Positions 1-13,471 of a stretch of 64,000 bases of DNA are shown in pieces (position 1 is the first letter of the stretch; every line of letters starts with the position of its first letter). This DNA is from a phage. The stretch lies in the sequence record PZ452581.1. One strand, 5' to 3'. The notes beneath the pieces are model-generated. The model had not been told where the DNA came from and searched no databases. It was given only the letters and a program-made list of their open reading frames with translations. The translations under genes and the position numbers were made by a program.

Positions 1-1836
<1,836 letters not shown>

Positions 1837-1864
1837 TATTAAAGCATATTAAAGAGGATTAAAA

Positions 1865-3844
1865 ATGACTTTATTATCTCCGGGCATTGAGCTCAAAGAA
1901 ACTACGGTTCAAAGCACCGTGGTTAATAACTCTACTGGTACAGCAGCTCTGGCCGGTAAATTCCAGTGGGGTCCTGCTTTTCAAATTAAACAGGTTACAA
2001 ATGAAGTAGATTTAGTTAATACTTTTGGTCAACCTACAGCTGAAACTGCTGACTATTTTATGTCTGCAATGAATTTCTTACAATACGGAAATGATTTGCG
2101 AGTTGTGCGTGCTGTCGATAGAGATACCGCTAAAAACTCATCTCCGATTGCCGGTAATATTGAATACACTATTTCTACCCCAGGTAGTAACTACGCGGTT
2201 GGAGATAAAATCACGGTTAAGTATGTTTCAGAAGACATTGAAACAGAATGTAAAGTTACCGAAGTAGATGCTGATGGAAAAATTAAGAAAATTAATATTC
2301 CTACTGCAAAAATTATCGCTAAAGCGAAAGAAGTCGGTGAATATCCAACATTAGGTTCTAACTGGACCGCGGAAATTTCTTCGTCTTCCTCTGGTTTAGC
2401 TGCAGTAATAACTCTTGGAAAAATTATTACTGATTCTGGTATTTTATTAGCTGAAATTGAAAATGCTGAAGCTGCCATGACAGCTGTTGACTTTCAAGCA
2501 AATCTCGAAAAATATGGAATTCCAGGAGTAGTAGCTCTTTATCCAGGCGAATTAGGCGATAAAATTGAAATTGAAATCGTATCTAAAGCTGACTATGCAA
2601 AAGGAGCTTCTGCATTACTCCCAATTTATCCAGGTGGTGGTACTCGTGCATCTACTGCTAAAGCAGTGTTTGGATATGGACCACAAACTGATTCACAGTA
2701 CGCTATTATAGTTCGTCGTAATGATGCTATTGTTCAAAGCGTTGTTCTTTCAACTAAGCGCGGTGAAAAAGATATTTACGATAGTAACATCTATATCGAT
2801 GACTTTTTCGCAAAAGGTGGTTCAGAATATATTTTTGCAACTGCACAAAACTGGCCAGAAGGCTTCTCTGGAATTTTAACTCTGTCCGGTGGATTATCAT
2901 CAAATGCTGAAGTAACAGCAGGAGATTTGATGGAAGCTTGGGACTTCTTTGCTGACCGTGAATCTGTTGACGTTCAACTGTTTATTGCGGGTTCTTGTGC
3001 CGGTGAATCTTTAGAAACAGCATCTACTGTCCAAAAACACGTCGTTTCAATTGGGGATGCTCGTCAAGATTGCTTAGTATTGTGCTCACCACCACGTGAA
3101 ACTGTAGTTGGAATTCCTGTAACTCGTGCAGTAGATAATTTAGTTAACTGGAGAACTGCAGCAGGTTCATACACTGATAATAACTTTAATATCAGTTCAA
3201 CCTATGCAGCAATCGATGGCAACTACAAATATCAGTATGACAAATATAATGATGTGAATCGTTGGGTTCCATTAGCAGCTGATATTGCTGGTTTATGCGC
3301 GAGAACCGATAACGTTTCTCAGACTTGGATGTCTCCAGCTGGTTATAATCGTGGCCAGATTCTTAACGTTATTAAACTTGCTATTGAAACTCGCCAGGCT
3401 CAGCGCGACCGTTTATACCAAGAAGCTATCAACCCGGTAACCGGTACAGGTGGTGATGGTTACGTATTGTATGGTGATAAAACAGCTACTTCTGTTCCTT
3501 CTCCGTTTGATCGTATTAACGTTCGTCGTCTGTTTAATATGTTGAAAACGAATATCGGACGTAGTTCAAAATATCGTTTGTTCGAATTAAACAATGCGTT
3601 TACTCGTTCATCATTCCGCACAGAAACTGCTCAGTACTTGCAAGGAATTAAAGCTCTTGGCGGAATTTATGAATATCGTGTAGTTTGCGATACAACAAAT
3701 AATACTCCATCAGTAATTGATAGAAATGAGTTTGTTGCAACATTCTACATCCAACCGGCGCGCAGTATAAATTATATTACTTTGAATTTCGTCGCAACTG
3801 CTACTGGTGCAGATTTCGATGAGTTAACTGGTCTTGCAGGTTAA
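1865..3844 (+). CDS. 18: Tail sheath protein (gp18)
   Basis: 659-aa ORF; length and sequence match T4 gp18 as recalled; follows terminase. Confidence 0.95.
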   Translation: MTLLSPGIELKETTVQSTVVNNSTGTAALAGKFQWGPAFQIKQVTNEVDLVNTFGQPTAETADYFMSAMNFLQYGNDLRVVRAVDRDTAKNSSPIAGNIEYTISTPGSNYAVGDKITVKYVSEDIETECKVTEVDADGKIKKINIPTAKIIAKAKEVGEYPTLGSNWTAEISSSSSGLAAVITLGKIITDSGILLAEIENAEAAMTAVDFQANLEKYGIPGVVALYPGELGDKIEIEIVSKADYAKGASALLPIYPGGGTRASTAKAVFGYGPQTDSQYAIIVRRNDAIVQSVVLSTKRGEKDIYDSNIYIDDFFAKGGSEYIFATAQNWPEGFSGILTLSGGLSSNAEVTAGDLMEAWDFFADRESVDVQLFIAGSCAGESLETASTVQKHVVSIGDARQDCLVLCSPPRETVVGIPVTRAVDNLVNWRTAAGSYTDNNFNISSTYAAIDGNYKYQYDKYNDVNRWVPLAADIAGLCARTDNVSQTWMSPAGYNRGQILNVIKLAIETRQAQRDRLYQEAINPVTGTGGDGYVLYGDKTATSVPSPFDRINVRRLFNMLKTNIGRSSKYRLFELNNAFTRSSFRTETAQYLQGIKALGGIYEYRVVCDTTNNTPSVIDRNEFVATFYIQPARSINYITLNFVATATGADFDELTGLAG

Positions 3845-3849
3845 TTGAT

Positions 3850-4500
3850 ATGGGGCTTCGGCCCCTATTCTCGAGGAATCAAGTGATTATTTCTAAATTT
3901 ATTAAAGTGAAAATTGTACCATCAAATTTTAAACATTATCAATCAAAGGGTTATAAATTAACACCTCTTGGAGCGGTTAAACATGGATTTAGGTATTATG
4001 AAATTGATGTTAAAGTTGAAGACATTAAAGGTAGTACCGCGTATGTAAAATGCCGTTGCGATAAATGTGGAATTGAATATAACCAACGCATTGGAAGAAA
4101 CACTGATATTTGTCGTGATTGCCGTCATAAAGATAAAATGCGCAATAATTCATATGGTTCCGCGAATAAAGGAAAAACAGTAGAATGTATGCATGGCGTA
4201 AATCATCCAAGATGGAACCCAAATAAATCTGAAATGCGTGAATATATTTCATTGGTATATAAAGAAACTCGTAAGCATAAGAAAATTTGGTCAAAATGGC
4301 CAAATGCTGATAAAATAGGAGTGTGTGGTACAAAAGGCGCTTACCAACTTGATCATAAGGTATCTATCAAATACGGTTTTGATAATTTAATTCCTGCTAA
4401 AATAATTGGCGGTATTAATAATTTAGAAATAATCACTTGGGAATCTAACCGAGAAAAATCAAAAAGAAATAGTGTAGATCTTTGGGATTTACTAGAATGA
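3850..4500 (+). CDS. Free-standing HNH-family homing endonuclease (zinc-finger plus HNH-like motif)
   Basis: 216-aa ORF with Cys cluster CRCDKCG...CRDCRH and C-terminal DH...N...N motif (QLDHKVSIKYGFDNL...NNLEIITWESNREK); ATG at 3850 lies inside the hairpin, alternative in-frame GTG at 3883 preceded by GAGGA. Confidence 0.6.
   Translation: MGLRPLFSRNQVIISKFIKVKIVPSNFKHYQSKGYKLTPLGAVKHGFRYYEIDVKVEDIKGSTAYVKCRCDKCGIEYNQRIGRNTDICRDCRHKDKMRNNSYGSANKGKTVECMHGVNHPRWNPNKSEMREYISLVYKETRKHKKIWSKWPNADKIGVCGTKGAYQLDHKVSIKYGFDNLIPAKIIGGINNLEIITWESNREKSKRNSVDLWDLLE
3852..3865 (+). terminator. GC stem-loop GGGGC-TTCG-GCCCC after gene 18
   Basis: 5-bp GC stem with UUCG tetraloop directly after the gene 18 stop; overlaps the first in-frame ATG of the downstream HNH ORF. 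Confidence 0.5.
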
Positions 4501-4507
4501 TTCTAAA

Positions 4508-4525
4508 GGCCTGTTTCGGCAGGCC
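4508..4525 (+). terminator. Stem-loop GGCCTG...CAGGCC after the HNH ORF
   Basis: 6-bp inverted repeat directly downstream of the HNH stop codon. Confidence 0.4.
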
Positions 4526-4526
4526 A

Positions 4527-4534
4527 TATAAATA
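4527..4534 (+). promoter_or_regulatory. Late-promoter-like TATAAATA (distal, upstream of gene 19)
   Basis: Exact TATAAATA immediately 3-prime of the HNH-cassette hairpin, about 80 nt upstream of gene 19. Confidence 0.45.
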
Positions 4535-4585
4535 CACTATATCCTTAATTCTTTAATTCTATATGCCCTAGGTTAAACATAGGGA

Positions 4586-4593
4586 TATAAATA
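4586..4593 (+). promoter_or_regulatory. Late promoter TATAAATA (proximal) for gene 19
   Basis: Exact TATAAATA about 15 nt upstream of the gene 19 ATG. Confidence 0.6.
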
Positions 4594-4607
4594 CTACAGA
4601 GGCTAAT

Positions 4608-5099
4608 ATGTTTGTAGATGATGTAACACGAGCGTTTGAATCTGGTGATTTTGCTCGACCTAACTTATTCCAAGTAGAAATTTCTTATCTTGGACAAAAT
4701 TTTACGTTTCAATGTAAAGCCACTGCTTTACCAGCTGGTATTGTAGAAAAAATTCCAGTCGGATTTATGAACCGTAAAATTAACGTAGCAGGCGATCGTA
4801 CATTCGATGACTGGACTGTTACAGTAATGAACGATGAGGCACATGATGCTCGCCAGAAGTTTGTTGATTGGCAAAGCATTGCTGCTGGGCAAGGGAACGA
4901 AATTACTGGTGGAAAACCAGCAGAGTATAAAAAGAGCGCTGTTGTTCGCCAATATGCTCGTGACGCTAAAACTGTAACAAAAGAAGTCGAAATTAAAGGC
5001 CTGTGGCCTACCAACGTGGGTGAACTTCAATTAGATTGGGATTCAAACAATGAAATCCAAACCTTTGAAGTAACTCTTGCTCTCGATTATTGGGAATAA
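4608..5099 (+). CDS. 19: Tail tube protein (gp19)
   Basis: 163-aa ORF matching T4 gp19 as recalled. Confidence 0.95.
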   Translation: MFVDDVTRAFESGDFARPNLFQVEISYLGQNFTFQCKATALPAGIVEKIPVGFMNRKINVAGDRTFDDWTVTVMNDEAHDARQKFVDWQSIAAGQGNEITGGKPAEYKKSAVVRQYARDAKTVTKEVEIKGLWPTNVGELQLDWDSNNEIQTFEVTLALDYWE

Positions 5100-5105
5100 A
5101 ATGAA

Positions 5106-5121
5106 TGGGGAGAAATCCCCA
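5106..5121 (+). terminator. Stem-loop TGGGGA-GAAA-TCCCCA after gene 19
   Basis: 6-bp stem with GAAA tetraloop directly after the gene 19 stop. Confidence 0.5.
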
Positions 5122-5131
5122 TCCTGCTTAA

Positions 5132-6756
<1,625 letters not shown>

Positions 6757-6757
<1 letters not shown>

Positions 6758-7005
6758 TGGAAGGTTTAATTGAAGCTATTAAATCAAACGACCTCGTAGC
6801 CGCTCGTAAATTCTTTGCTGAAGCCATGGCTGCAAGAACGATTGATTTAATTAAAGAAGAAAAAATCGCTATCGCTCGTAATTTCTTAATCGAAGGTGAA
6901 GAACTTGATGATGAGGATGATGAAGACGAGGATGATGACGAAGATAGCGATGATAAAGACGACAAAAAAGACAAAGACTCTGACGAAGACGAGGATGATG
7001 AATAA
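6757..7005 (+). CDS. 67: Prohead core protein (gp67) with acidic C-terminal tail
   Basis: 82-aa ORF, C-terminal D/E-rich tract; ATG overlaps the gene 20 stop. Confidence 0.85.
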
Positions 7006-7430
7006 TGCTTCTGATCCCTGAAACTCATGAATTAGTTCTCGAGAATGTCGAAGCACTTATTCCTGAAGCACAGGGTCGCTTTGACGAATTGTCTTCTGCT
7101 TTAAATAAAGACGATATAAATACAATTGTCGAGAATATGCTTGATGATGAAACTGATTTAGCAATTGCATTAGCTTCTATTAATGAAGATATGCCGCTAA
7201 ATGAATTCATCGTTAAACATGTTTCTGCTCGTGGCGAAATTACACGTACTAAAGACCGCAAGACGCGTGAACGTAATGCATTTCAAACCACCGGGCTGTC
7301 TAAAGCAAAACGTAGACAAATTGCTCGCAAAGCTACCAAAACGAAGATTGCCAATCCAGCAGGTCAATCTCGTGCTCAGCGTAAGCGTAAAAAAGCTCTT
7401 AAACGCCGTAAAGCATTAGGATTAAGCTAA
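7005..7430 (+). CDS. 68: Prohead core protein (gp68)
   Basis: 141-aa ORF, basic C-terminus; position and size as in T4. Confidence 0.85.
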   Translation: MLLIPETHELVLENVEALIPEAQGRFDELSSALNKDDINTIVENMLDDETDLAIALASINEDMPLNEFIVKHVSARGEITRTKDRKTRERNAFQTTGLSKAKRRQIARKATKTKIANPAGQSRAQRKRKKALKRRKALGLS

Positions 7431-8068
7431 TGAATGAACCCCAATTACTAATTGAAACTTGGGGTCAACCTGGCGAAATTATTGATGGTGTGCCAATGCT
7501 TGAATCCCACGATGGAAAAGACTTAGGTTTAAAACCTGGTTTATACATCGAAGGAATATTCATGCAAGCGGAAGTCGTCAATAGAAATAAACGTCTTTAT
7601 CCAAAACGCATATTAGAAAAAGCGGTAAAAGACTATATCAATGAGCAAGTTTTAACTAAACAAGCTCTCGGAGAATTAAATCATCCTCCACGCGCTAATG
7701 TTGACCCGATGCAAGCCGCTATCATTATAGAAGATATGTGGTGGAAAGGAAATGACGTATACGGACGAGCTCGTGTTATTGAAGGTGACCATGGTCCTGG
7801 AGATAAATTAGCAGCTAATATTCGTGCCGGATGGATTCCAGGAGTTTCTTCTCGTGGATTAGGTTCATTGACTGACACAAATAAAGGTTATCGTATCGTA
7901 AACGAAGGATTCAAATTAACTGTAGGTGTTGATGCAGTATGGGGTCCAAGTGCTCCAGATGCATGGGTAACTCCTAAGGAAATTACCGAATCACAGACGG
8001 CGGAAGCCGATACAAGTGCCGATGACGCCTATATGGCTCTCGCAGAGGCCATGAAAAAAGCGTTATAA
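7430..8068 (+). CDS. 21: Prohead core protease (gp21)
   Basis: 212-aa ORF matching T4 gp21 as recalled. Confidence 0.93.
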   Translation: MNEPQLLIETWGQPGEIIDGVPMLESHDGKDLGLKPGLYIEGIFMQAEVVNRNKRLYPKRILEKAVKDYINEQVLTKQALGELNHPPRANVDPMQAAIIIEDMWWKGNDVYGRARVIEGDHGPGDKLAANIRAGWIPGVSSRGLGSLTDTNKGYRIVNEGFKLTVGVDAVWGPSAPDAWVTPKEITESQTAEADTSADDAYMALAEAMKKAL

Positions 8069-8071
8069 ATA
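8064..8071 (+). promoter_or_regulatory. Late promoter TATAAATA for gene 22
   Basis: Exact TATAAATA overlapping the gene 21 stop, about 27 nt upstream of gene 22. Confidence 0.6.
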
Positions 8072-8098
8072 TTATTATCTAAACAACAGGACTACAAA

Positions 8099-8908
8099 AT
8101 GCTTAAAGAACAACTGATTGCTGAAGCGCAAAAAATTGATGCTTCCGTTGCTCTTGATAGTATTTTCGAATCAGTTAATATTTCTCCGGAAGCAAAAGAA
8201 ACTTTCGGCACTGTATTCGAAGCTACCGTCAAGCAGCACGCCGTTAAATTAGCTGAATCTCATATCGCTAAAATTGCTGAAAAAGCAGAAGAAGAAGTAG
8301 AAAAAAATAAAGAAGAAGCCGAAGAAAAAGCTGAGAAGAAAATCGCTGAGCAAGCTTCTAAATTCATCGACCATCTTGCGAAAGAATGGCTCGCTGAAAA
8401 TAAATTAGCAGTTGATAAAGGCATCAAAGCCGAACTGTTTGAATCCATGCTTGGTGGATTAAAAGAGCTCTTTGTTGAACACAACGTTGTTGTTCCAGAA
8501 GAATCAGTTGATGTTGTAGCTGAAATGGAAGAAGAGCTGCAAGAACATAAAGAAGAATCAGCTCGTCTGTTCGAAGAACTCAATAAGCGTGACGCATATA
8601 TCAATTATGTGCAGCGTGAAGTGGCATTGAGCGAAAGTACTAAAGATCTGACTGAGTCTCAAAAAGAAAAAGTCTCTGCTCTGGTCGAAGGTATGGATTA
8701 TTCAGATGAATTCTCAAGTAAATTGAGTGCCATCGTAGAAATGGTGAAGAAGTCTAATAAAGATGAAAGCACTATTACTGAGGGTATAAATACTCCTGAT
8801 ACTGAAGCAGCCGGACTGAATTTCGTCACTGAAGCTGTAGAAGATAAAGCTGCACCTGGTGCAGAAGATATTGTAAGTGTATATGCGAAAGTCGCATCTC
8901 GTTTCTAA
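8099..8908 (+). CDS. 22: Major prohead scaffold protein (gp22)
   Basis: 269-aa acidic coiled-coil-rich ORF matching T4 gp22 in size and position. Confidence 0.9.
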   Translation: MLKEQLIAEAQKIDASVALDSIFESVNISPEAKETFGTVFEATVKQHAVKLAESHIAKIAEKAEEEVEKNKEEAEEKAEKKIAEQASKFIDHLAKEWLAENKLAVDKGIKAELFESMLGGLKELFVEHNVVVPEESVDVVAEMEEELQEHKEESARLFEELNKRDAYINYVQREVALSESTKDLTESQKEKVSALVEGMDYSDEFSSKLSAIVEMVKKSNKDESTITEGINTPDTEAAGLNFVTEAVEDKAAPGAEDIVSVYAKVASRF

Positions 8909-8926
8909 TTTTAAAGGTTAACACAA

Positions 8927-10492
8927 ATGACTATCAAAACTAAAGCTGAACTTTTGAACAAATGGAAACCATTACTGGAAGGTGAAGGTTTACCGGAAAT
9001 TGCTAATAGCAAACAAGCGATTATCGCTAAAATCTTTGAAAACCAGGAAAAAGATTTCCAGACAGCTCCAGAGTACAAAGACGAAAAAATCGCTCAGGCG
9101 TTCGGTTCTTTCTTAACAGAAGCTGAAATCGGTGGTGACCACGGTTACAACGCTACTAACATCGCTGCTGGTCAGACTTCTGGCGCAGTAACTCAGATTG
9201 GCCCAGCTGTTATGGGTATGGTACGTCGTGCTATTCCTAACCTGATTGCTTTCGATATTTGCGGTGTTCAGCCGATGAACAGCCCGACTGGCCAGGTATT
9301 CGCACTGCGCGCAGTATATGGTAAAGACCCAATCGCTTCCGGTGCTAAAGAAGCATTCCACCCAATGTATGGTCCAGATGCAATGTTCTCTGGTCAGGGT
9401 GCTGCTAAGAAATTCCCAGCTTTGGCTGCTAGCACAGAAACTGTTGTAGGTGACATCTATACTCACTTCTTCCAGGAAACTGGTACTGTGTATCTGCAAG
9501 CTTCTGCTCAAGTAACAATTAGTGCAAGCGCAAATGATGCAGATAAATTAGATGCTGAAATTAAGAAACAAATGGAAGCTGGTGTACTGGTAGAAATCGC
9601 TGAAGGTATGGCTACTTCTATCGCTGAACTTCAGGAAGGTTTCAACGGTTCTACCGATAACCCATGGAATGAAATGGGCTTCCGTATCGATAAACAAGTT
9701 ATCGAAGCTAAATCTCGCCAGCTGAAAGCTGCTTACTCTATCGAATTAGCACAAGACCTCCGCGCTGTTCACGGTATGGATGCTGATGCTGAACTGTCTG
9801 GTATTCTGGCTACCGAAATCATGCTGGAAATCAACCGCGAAGTTGTTGATTGGATTAACTACTCAGCTCAGGTTGGTAAATCTGGTATGACCCTGACTCC
9901 GGGTTCTAAAGCTGGCGTATTTGACTTCCAGGATCCGATTGATATTCGTGGTGCTCGCTGGGCGGGTGAATCCTTTAAAGCTCTGTTGTTCCAGATTGAC
10001 AAAGAAGCAGTTGAAATTGCTCGTCAGACCGGTCGTGGTGAAGGTAACTTCATTATCGCTTCCCGTAACGTAGTTAACGTTCTGGCTTCAGTTGATACTG
10101 GCATTTCTTATGCTGCACAGGGTCTGGCTACCGGCTTTAACACTGATACTACCAAGTCAGTATTTGCGGGTGTTCTGGGTGGTAAATACCGTGTATATAT
10201 CGACCAGTATGCTAAACAGGATTATTTCACTGTAGGTTATAAAGGTCCGAACGAAATGGATGCTGGTATTTACTATGCTCCATATGTAGCTCTGACTCCG
10301 CTGCGTGGTTCCGATCCGAAGAACTTCCAACCAGTAATGGGATTCAAAACTCGTTACGGTATCGGTATCAACCCATTTGCAGAATCCGCTGCTCAGGCTC
10401 CGGCTTCTCGCATCCAGAGCGGTATGCCTTCTATTCTGAATAGCCTTGGTAAAAACGCTTACTTCCGCCGTGTATATGTTAAAGGTATCTAA
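8927..10492 (+). CDS. 23: Major capsid protein (gp23)
   Basis: 521-aa ORF; N-terminus MTIKTKAELLNKWKPLLEGEGLPEIANSK matches T4 gp23 as recalled. Confidence 0.97.
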   Translation: MTIKTKAELLNKWKPLLEGEGLPEIANSKQAIIAKIFENQEKDFQTAPEYKDEKIAQAFGSFLTEAEIGGDHGYNATNIAAGQTSGAVTQIGPAVMGMVRRAIPNLIAFDICGVQPMNSPTGQVFALRAVYGKDPIASGAKEAFHPMYGPDAMFSGQGAAKKFPALAASTETVVGDIYTHFFQETGTVYLQASAQVTISASANDADKLDAEIKKQMEAGVLVEIAEGMATSIAELQEGFNGSTDNPWNEMGFRIDKQVIEAKSRQLKAAYSIELAQDLRAVHGMDADAELSGILATEIMLEINREVVDWINYSAQVGKSGMTLTPGSKAGVFDFQDPIDIRGARWAGESFKALLFQIDKEAVEIARQTGRGEGNFIIASRNVVNVLASVDTGISYAAQGLATGFNTDTTKSVFAGVLGGKYRVYIDQYAKQDYFTVGYKGPNEMDAGIYYAPYVALTPLRGSDPKNFQPVMGFKTRYGIGINPFAESAAQAPASRIQSGMPSILNSLGKNAYFRRVYVKGI

Positions 10493-10507
10493 TCTTTGAC
10501 GATTTAA

Positions 10508-10523
10508 GGGACCTTCGGGTCCC
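10508..10523 (+). terminator. Stem-loop GGGACC-TTCG-GGTCCC followed by a T-rich tract (after gene 23)
   Basis: 6-bp stem with UUCG loop followed by TTTAGTTGTTTTT. Confidence 0.6.
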
Positions 10524-10540
10524 TTTAGTTGTTTTTATGG

Positions 10541-10548
10541 TATAAATA
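10541..10548 (+). promoter_or_regulatory. Late promoter TATAAATA for gene 24
   Basis: Exact TATAAATA about 28 nt upstream of the gene 24 ATG. Confidence 0.6.
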
Positions 10549-10575
10549 AATCATATAAACCAAAAGGAAAGCGCA

Positions 10576-11859
10576 ATGGCTAAAATCAACGAACTTCTGC
10601 GCGAATCAACTACAACGAATAGCAACTCAATCGGTCGCCCAAATCTCGTTGCTTTGACTCGCGCTACCACTAAATTAATATATTCTGACATTGTAGCAAC
10701 GCAAAGAACTAATCAACCTGTTGCTGCTTTTTATGGTATCAAATACCTTAACCCAGATAACGAATTTACATTTAAAACTGGTGCTACTTACGCTGGCGAA
10801 GCTGGGTATGTAGACCGAGAACAAATCACAGAATTAACAGAAGAGTCTAAATTAACTCTCAATAAAGGCGATTTATTCAAATATAATAATATCGTTTATA
10901 AAGTATTAGAAGATACACCATTTGCTGATATTGAAGAAAGCGATTTAGAATTAGCTCTTCAGATTGCAATTGTTCTTTTAAAGGTTCGTTTATTTTCTGA
11001 TGCTGCAGTAACAAGCAAATTTGAAAGCTCTGATAGTGAAATTGCGGATGCTAGATTCCAGATTAATAAATGGCAAACCGCAGTTAAATCTCGTAAACTT
11101 AAAACTGGCATTACGGTTGAATTAGCACAAGATTTAGAAGCAAATGGATTCGATGCTCCTAATTTCTTGGAAGATTTGCTTGCAACTGAAATGGCGGATG
11201 AAATCAATAAAGATATTCTGCAGTCTTTGATTACAGTATCAAAACGCTATAAAGTCACAGGAATTACTGATACTGGATTCATTGATTTGAGTTATGCATC
11301 TGCACCTGAAGCTGGTCGTTCATTATACCGAATGGTGTGTGAAATGGTTTCGCATATCCAAAAAGAATCAACTTATACTGCAACGTTCTGTGTTGCTTCA
11401 GCTCGTGCCGCTGCGATTCTTGCTGCATCAGGTTGGTTAAAACATAAACCAGAAGATGACAAATATCTTTCACAAAATGCCTACGGGTTCTTAGCTAATG
11501 GTTTACCGCTTTATTGCGATACCAACAGCCCATTAGATTATGTAATCGTTGGCGTAGTAGAAAATATCGGTGAAAAAGAAATTGTTGGATCAATTTTCTA
11601 TGCTCCATATACAGAAGGTCTTGACTTAGATGACCCTGAACATGTAGGTGCATTTAAAGTTGTAGTTGATCCAGAAAGTTTGCAGCCATCTATCGGTTTA
11701 TTGGTTAGATATGCTTTATCTGCAAATCCTTATACTGTAGCAAAAGATGAAAAAGAAGCAAGAATAATTGATGGTGGAGACATGGATAAAATGGCGGGTC
11801 GTTCAGATTTGTCTGTTTTATTAGGTGTTAAGCTACCAAAAATTATCGTTGATGAATAA
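10576..11859 (+). CDS. 24: Capsid vertex protein (gp24)
   Basis: 427-aa ORF, gp23 paralog in size and position. Confidence 0.92.
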   Translation: MAKINELLRESTTTNSNSIGRPNLVALTRATTKLIYSDIVATQRTNQPVAAFYGIKYLNPDNEFTFKTGATYAGEAGYVDREQITELTEESKLTLNKGDLFKYNNIVYKVLEDTPFADIEESDLELALQIAIVLLKVRLFSDAAVTSKFESSDSEIADARFQINKWQTAVKSRKLKTGITVELAQDLEANGFDAPNFLEDLLATEMADEINKDILQSLITVSKRYKVTGITDTGFIDLSYASAPEAGRSLYRMVCEMVSHIQKESTYTATFCVASARAAAILAASGWLKHKPEDDKYLSQNAYGFLANGLPLYCDTNSPLDYVIVGVVENIGEKEIVGSIFYAPYTEGLDLDDPEHVGAFKVVVDPESLQPSIGLLVRYALSANPYTVAKDEKEARIIDGGDMDKMAGRSDLSVLLGVKLPKIIVDE

Positions 11860-11862
11860 AAC

Positions 11863-11884
11863 AAAGGGACCGAAAGGTCCCTTT
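11863..11884. terminator. Bidirectional stem-loop AAAGGGACC-GAAA-GGTCCCTTT between convergent genes 24 and rnlB
   Basis: Perfect hairpin flanked by an A-tract on one side and a T-tract on the other, at a convergent gene junction. Confidence 0.6.
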
Positions 11885-11888
11885 TTAT

Positions 11889-12893
11889 TTAACTTACCAA
11901 TTCAATCCAAGCCGGACGAAGTACATCTTGTACCATTTTAACTAATTCCTTCTTAATCAAGGAAGGATTATCCGCTTGAGTTAAAGTAATACCTTCACGA
12001 GAAGTTTCTTCCAAAATATCTTGAACAGTTAGTCCCATCACCTTTCCAAAATCTTTTGGACCAATTTCGCCAATTTTAGAAATAACGTTATTTACCCGAT
12101 TCAGTGTAACGTAGCAAGCTAAAATTCCAACTAATTTGTTATCAGCTTCTGACAGTTCAACTTTAACTTTAATAGGCTTATCAGACTTTTTCTTTTCGCT
12201 AAATTTAGAGTTCTTGCATTTGATAGCTACGCGATTACCATTAGGCATCCAAGAAGGATAACAAGGTTTCAATACATATCCTTCAGCAGTAAATACTTCG
12301 CCTTTTGCTTCAGCATTCCAAACGCATTTATTTGCATCAACTAATCCAGCGTGGTCTACCGTAAAATTATAATCCTGGACGACAGAATCTAAATCATTTG
12401 GCAATTTAATAAGTTCTTCAAATTTACCACGACCCAAAAGTGGAGCCATTTTAAATTTGAATGTATTACAGAATGATTCCATCATATAATCATCGACATA
12501 AGTCACATCACCACTTTCTGTAGTAACAATAATGTCAAATACATAAAAATCTTTATCACCATAATCGACATTCTTCTGAATGCCAGGTCCAGCGAATTCG
12601 CCGAAGACTTGATAAGATACAACTGCCGAAGTTTCCATAATATCTTGTACTGCTTTAATGGAATCAGCGTAATTCTTTAGAATAATTTCATACCCAAAGA
12701 AATCTTCAGCAGGAAGAATCGGTCCAGTACGTTTAGCACAAGTTGCTTTATCGCGTTCAATAATCAGTGAGAAATTTGTGCCATGAATCTTTTCACGAGC
12801 TACCCATTCGCCGCCAGTCAATCCTAAACTGTAAAGTTTTTCAATGAATTTAGAATTGTAATGATTTTCAAGACTGCTATACTTTTTAAACAT
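11889..12893 (-). CDS. rnlB: RNA ligase 2 (Rnl2)
   Basis: 334-aa ORF with nucleotidyltransferase lysine motif EKIHGTN; matches T4 Rnl2 length. Confidence 0.9.
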   Translation of the reverse strand: MFKKYSSLENHYNSKFIEKLYSLGLTGGEWVAREKIHGTNFSLIIERDKATCAKRTGPILPAEDFFGYEIILKNYADSIKAVQDIMETSAVVSYQVFGEFAGPGIQKNVDYGDKDFYVFDIIVTTESGDVTYVDDYMMESFCNTFKFKMAPLLGRGKFEELIKLPNDLDSVVQDYNFTVDHAGLVDANKCVWNAEAKGEVFTAEGYVLKPCYPSWMPNGNRVAIKCKNSKFSEKKKSDKPIKVKVELSEADNKLVGILACYVTLNRVNNVISKIGEIGPKDFGKVMGLTVQDILEETSREGITLTQADNPSLIKKELVKMVQDVLRPAWIELVS

Positions 12894-12902
12894 AATTAAT
12901 CC

Positions 12903-13181
12903 TCAAAATGTAATTTCTAACCAATCACCATCACGTTGATCACTATTGACTTTAAAGCTAAATCCTTCTTTTCTCAGCCAATCACCAATTTCTTCAGTAA
13001 TCAATTTATCGCGAGCAGTACAATAATAACTAAAATATGTTTTACCTTGTTCAGCTGCTTTATTAGCAAGTTCCGAAAAATCTTTAATAAAACACTCTAG
13101 CTTAAACTGTTTACTTTTAAGTGCTTTTTCACGTAATTGATTAGCAAAAGATTCATTTTCATAAAGATCATACTGTTCCAT
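12903..13181 (-). CDS. Hypothetical protein (24.2-like)
   Basis: 92-aa ORF, ATG start, co-oriented in the rnlB cluster. Confidence 0.55.
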   Translation of the reverse strand: MEQYDLYENESFANQLREKALKSKQFKLECFIKDFSELANKAAEQGKTYFSYYCTARDKLITEEIGDWLRKEGFSFKVNSDQRDGDWLEITF

Positions 13182-13383
13182 TTTTCACCTTTTTATTAAT
13201 ATGTCTTTTTCTATAGACAACTTTTTCTCGAGTCTCAAATTTATTCTTAGCAGTCATAGCTCGAGCCCATAATACAGCCACTTCTTTCGCCTGTAAGTTC
13301 AATTCACGAGAAATTTCAATGAATGACTTTCCAGACTCATGAAGAGTAAACACCACAACTTCAGTTCTCATAATCAATCTCAT
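13168..13383 (-). CDS. Hypothetical small protein with possible helix-turn-helix (24.3-like)
   Basis: 71-aa ORF, ATG start; segment SGKSFIEISRELNLQAKEV resembles an HTH. Confidence 0.5.
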   Translation of the reverse strand: MRLIMRTEVVVFTLHESGKSFIEISRELNLQAKEVAVLWARAMTAKNKFETREKVVYRKRHINKKVKNGTV

Positions 13384-13452
13384 GTTATCGAGTTGGTGCC
13401 ATTATATACATCATTTTCTGATTGTGTTTTGTGTGCTTTCAAAATGAAGAAA

Positions 13453-13466
13453 GGGGCCGAAGCCCC
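13453..13466 (-). terminator. Stem-loop GGGGC-CGAA-GCCCC downstream of hoc
   Basis: GC hairpin just after the hoc stop on the minus strand, followed by a U-rich tract in minus orientation. Confidence 0.5.
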
Positions 13467-13471
13467 TAAGA

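Noticed and set aside
2191-2478. Nested antisense ORFs inside large genes (for example 2191..2478, 4025..4333, 8260..8604, 9113..9511, 28752..29009, 51215..51694, 55710..55952)
   Set aside because: Each lies entirely within, and antisense or out of frame to, a confidently identified gene; no independent promoter or ribosome-binding site was seen.
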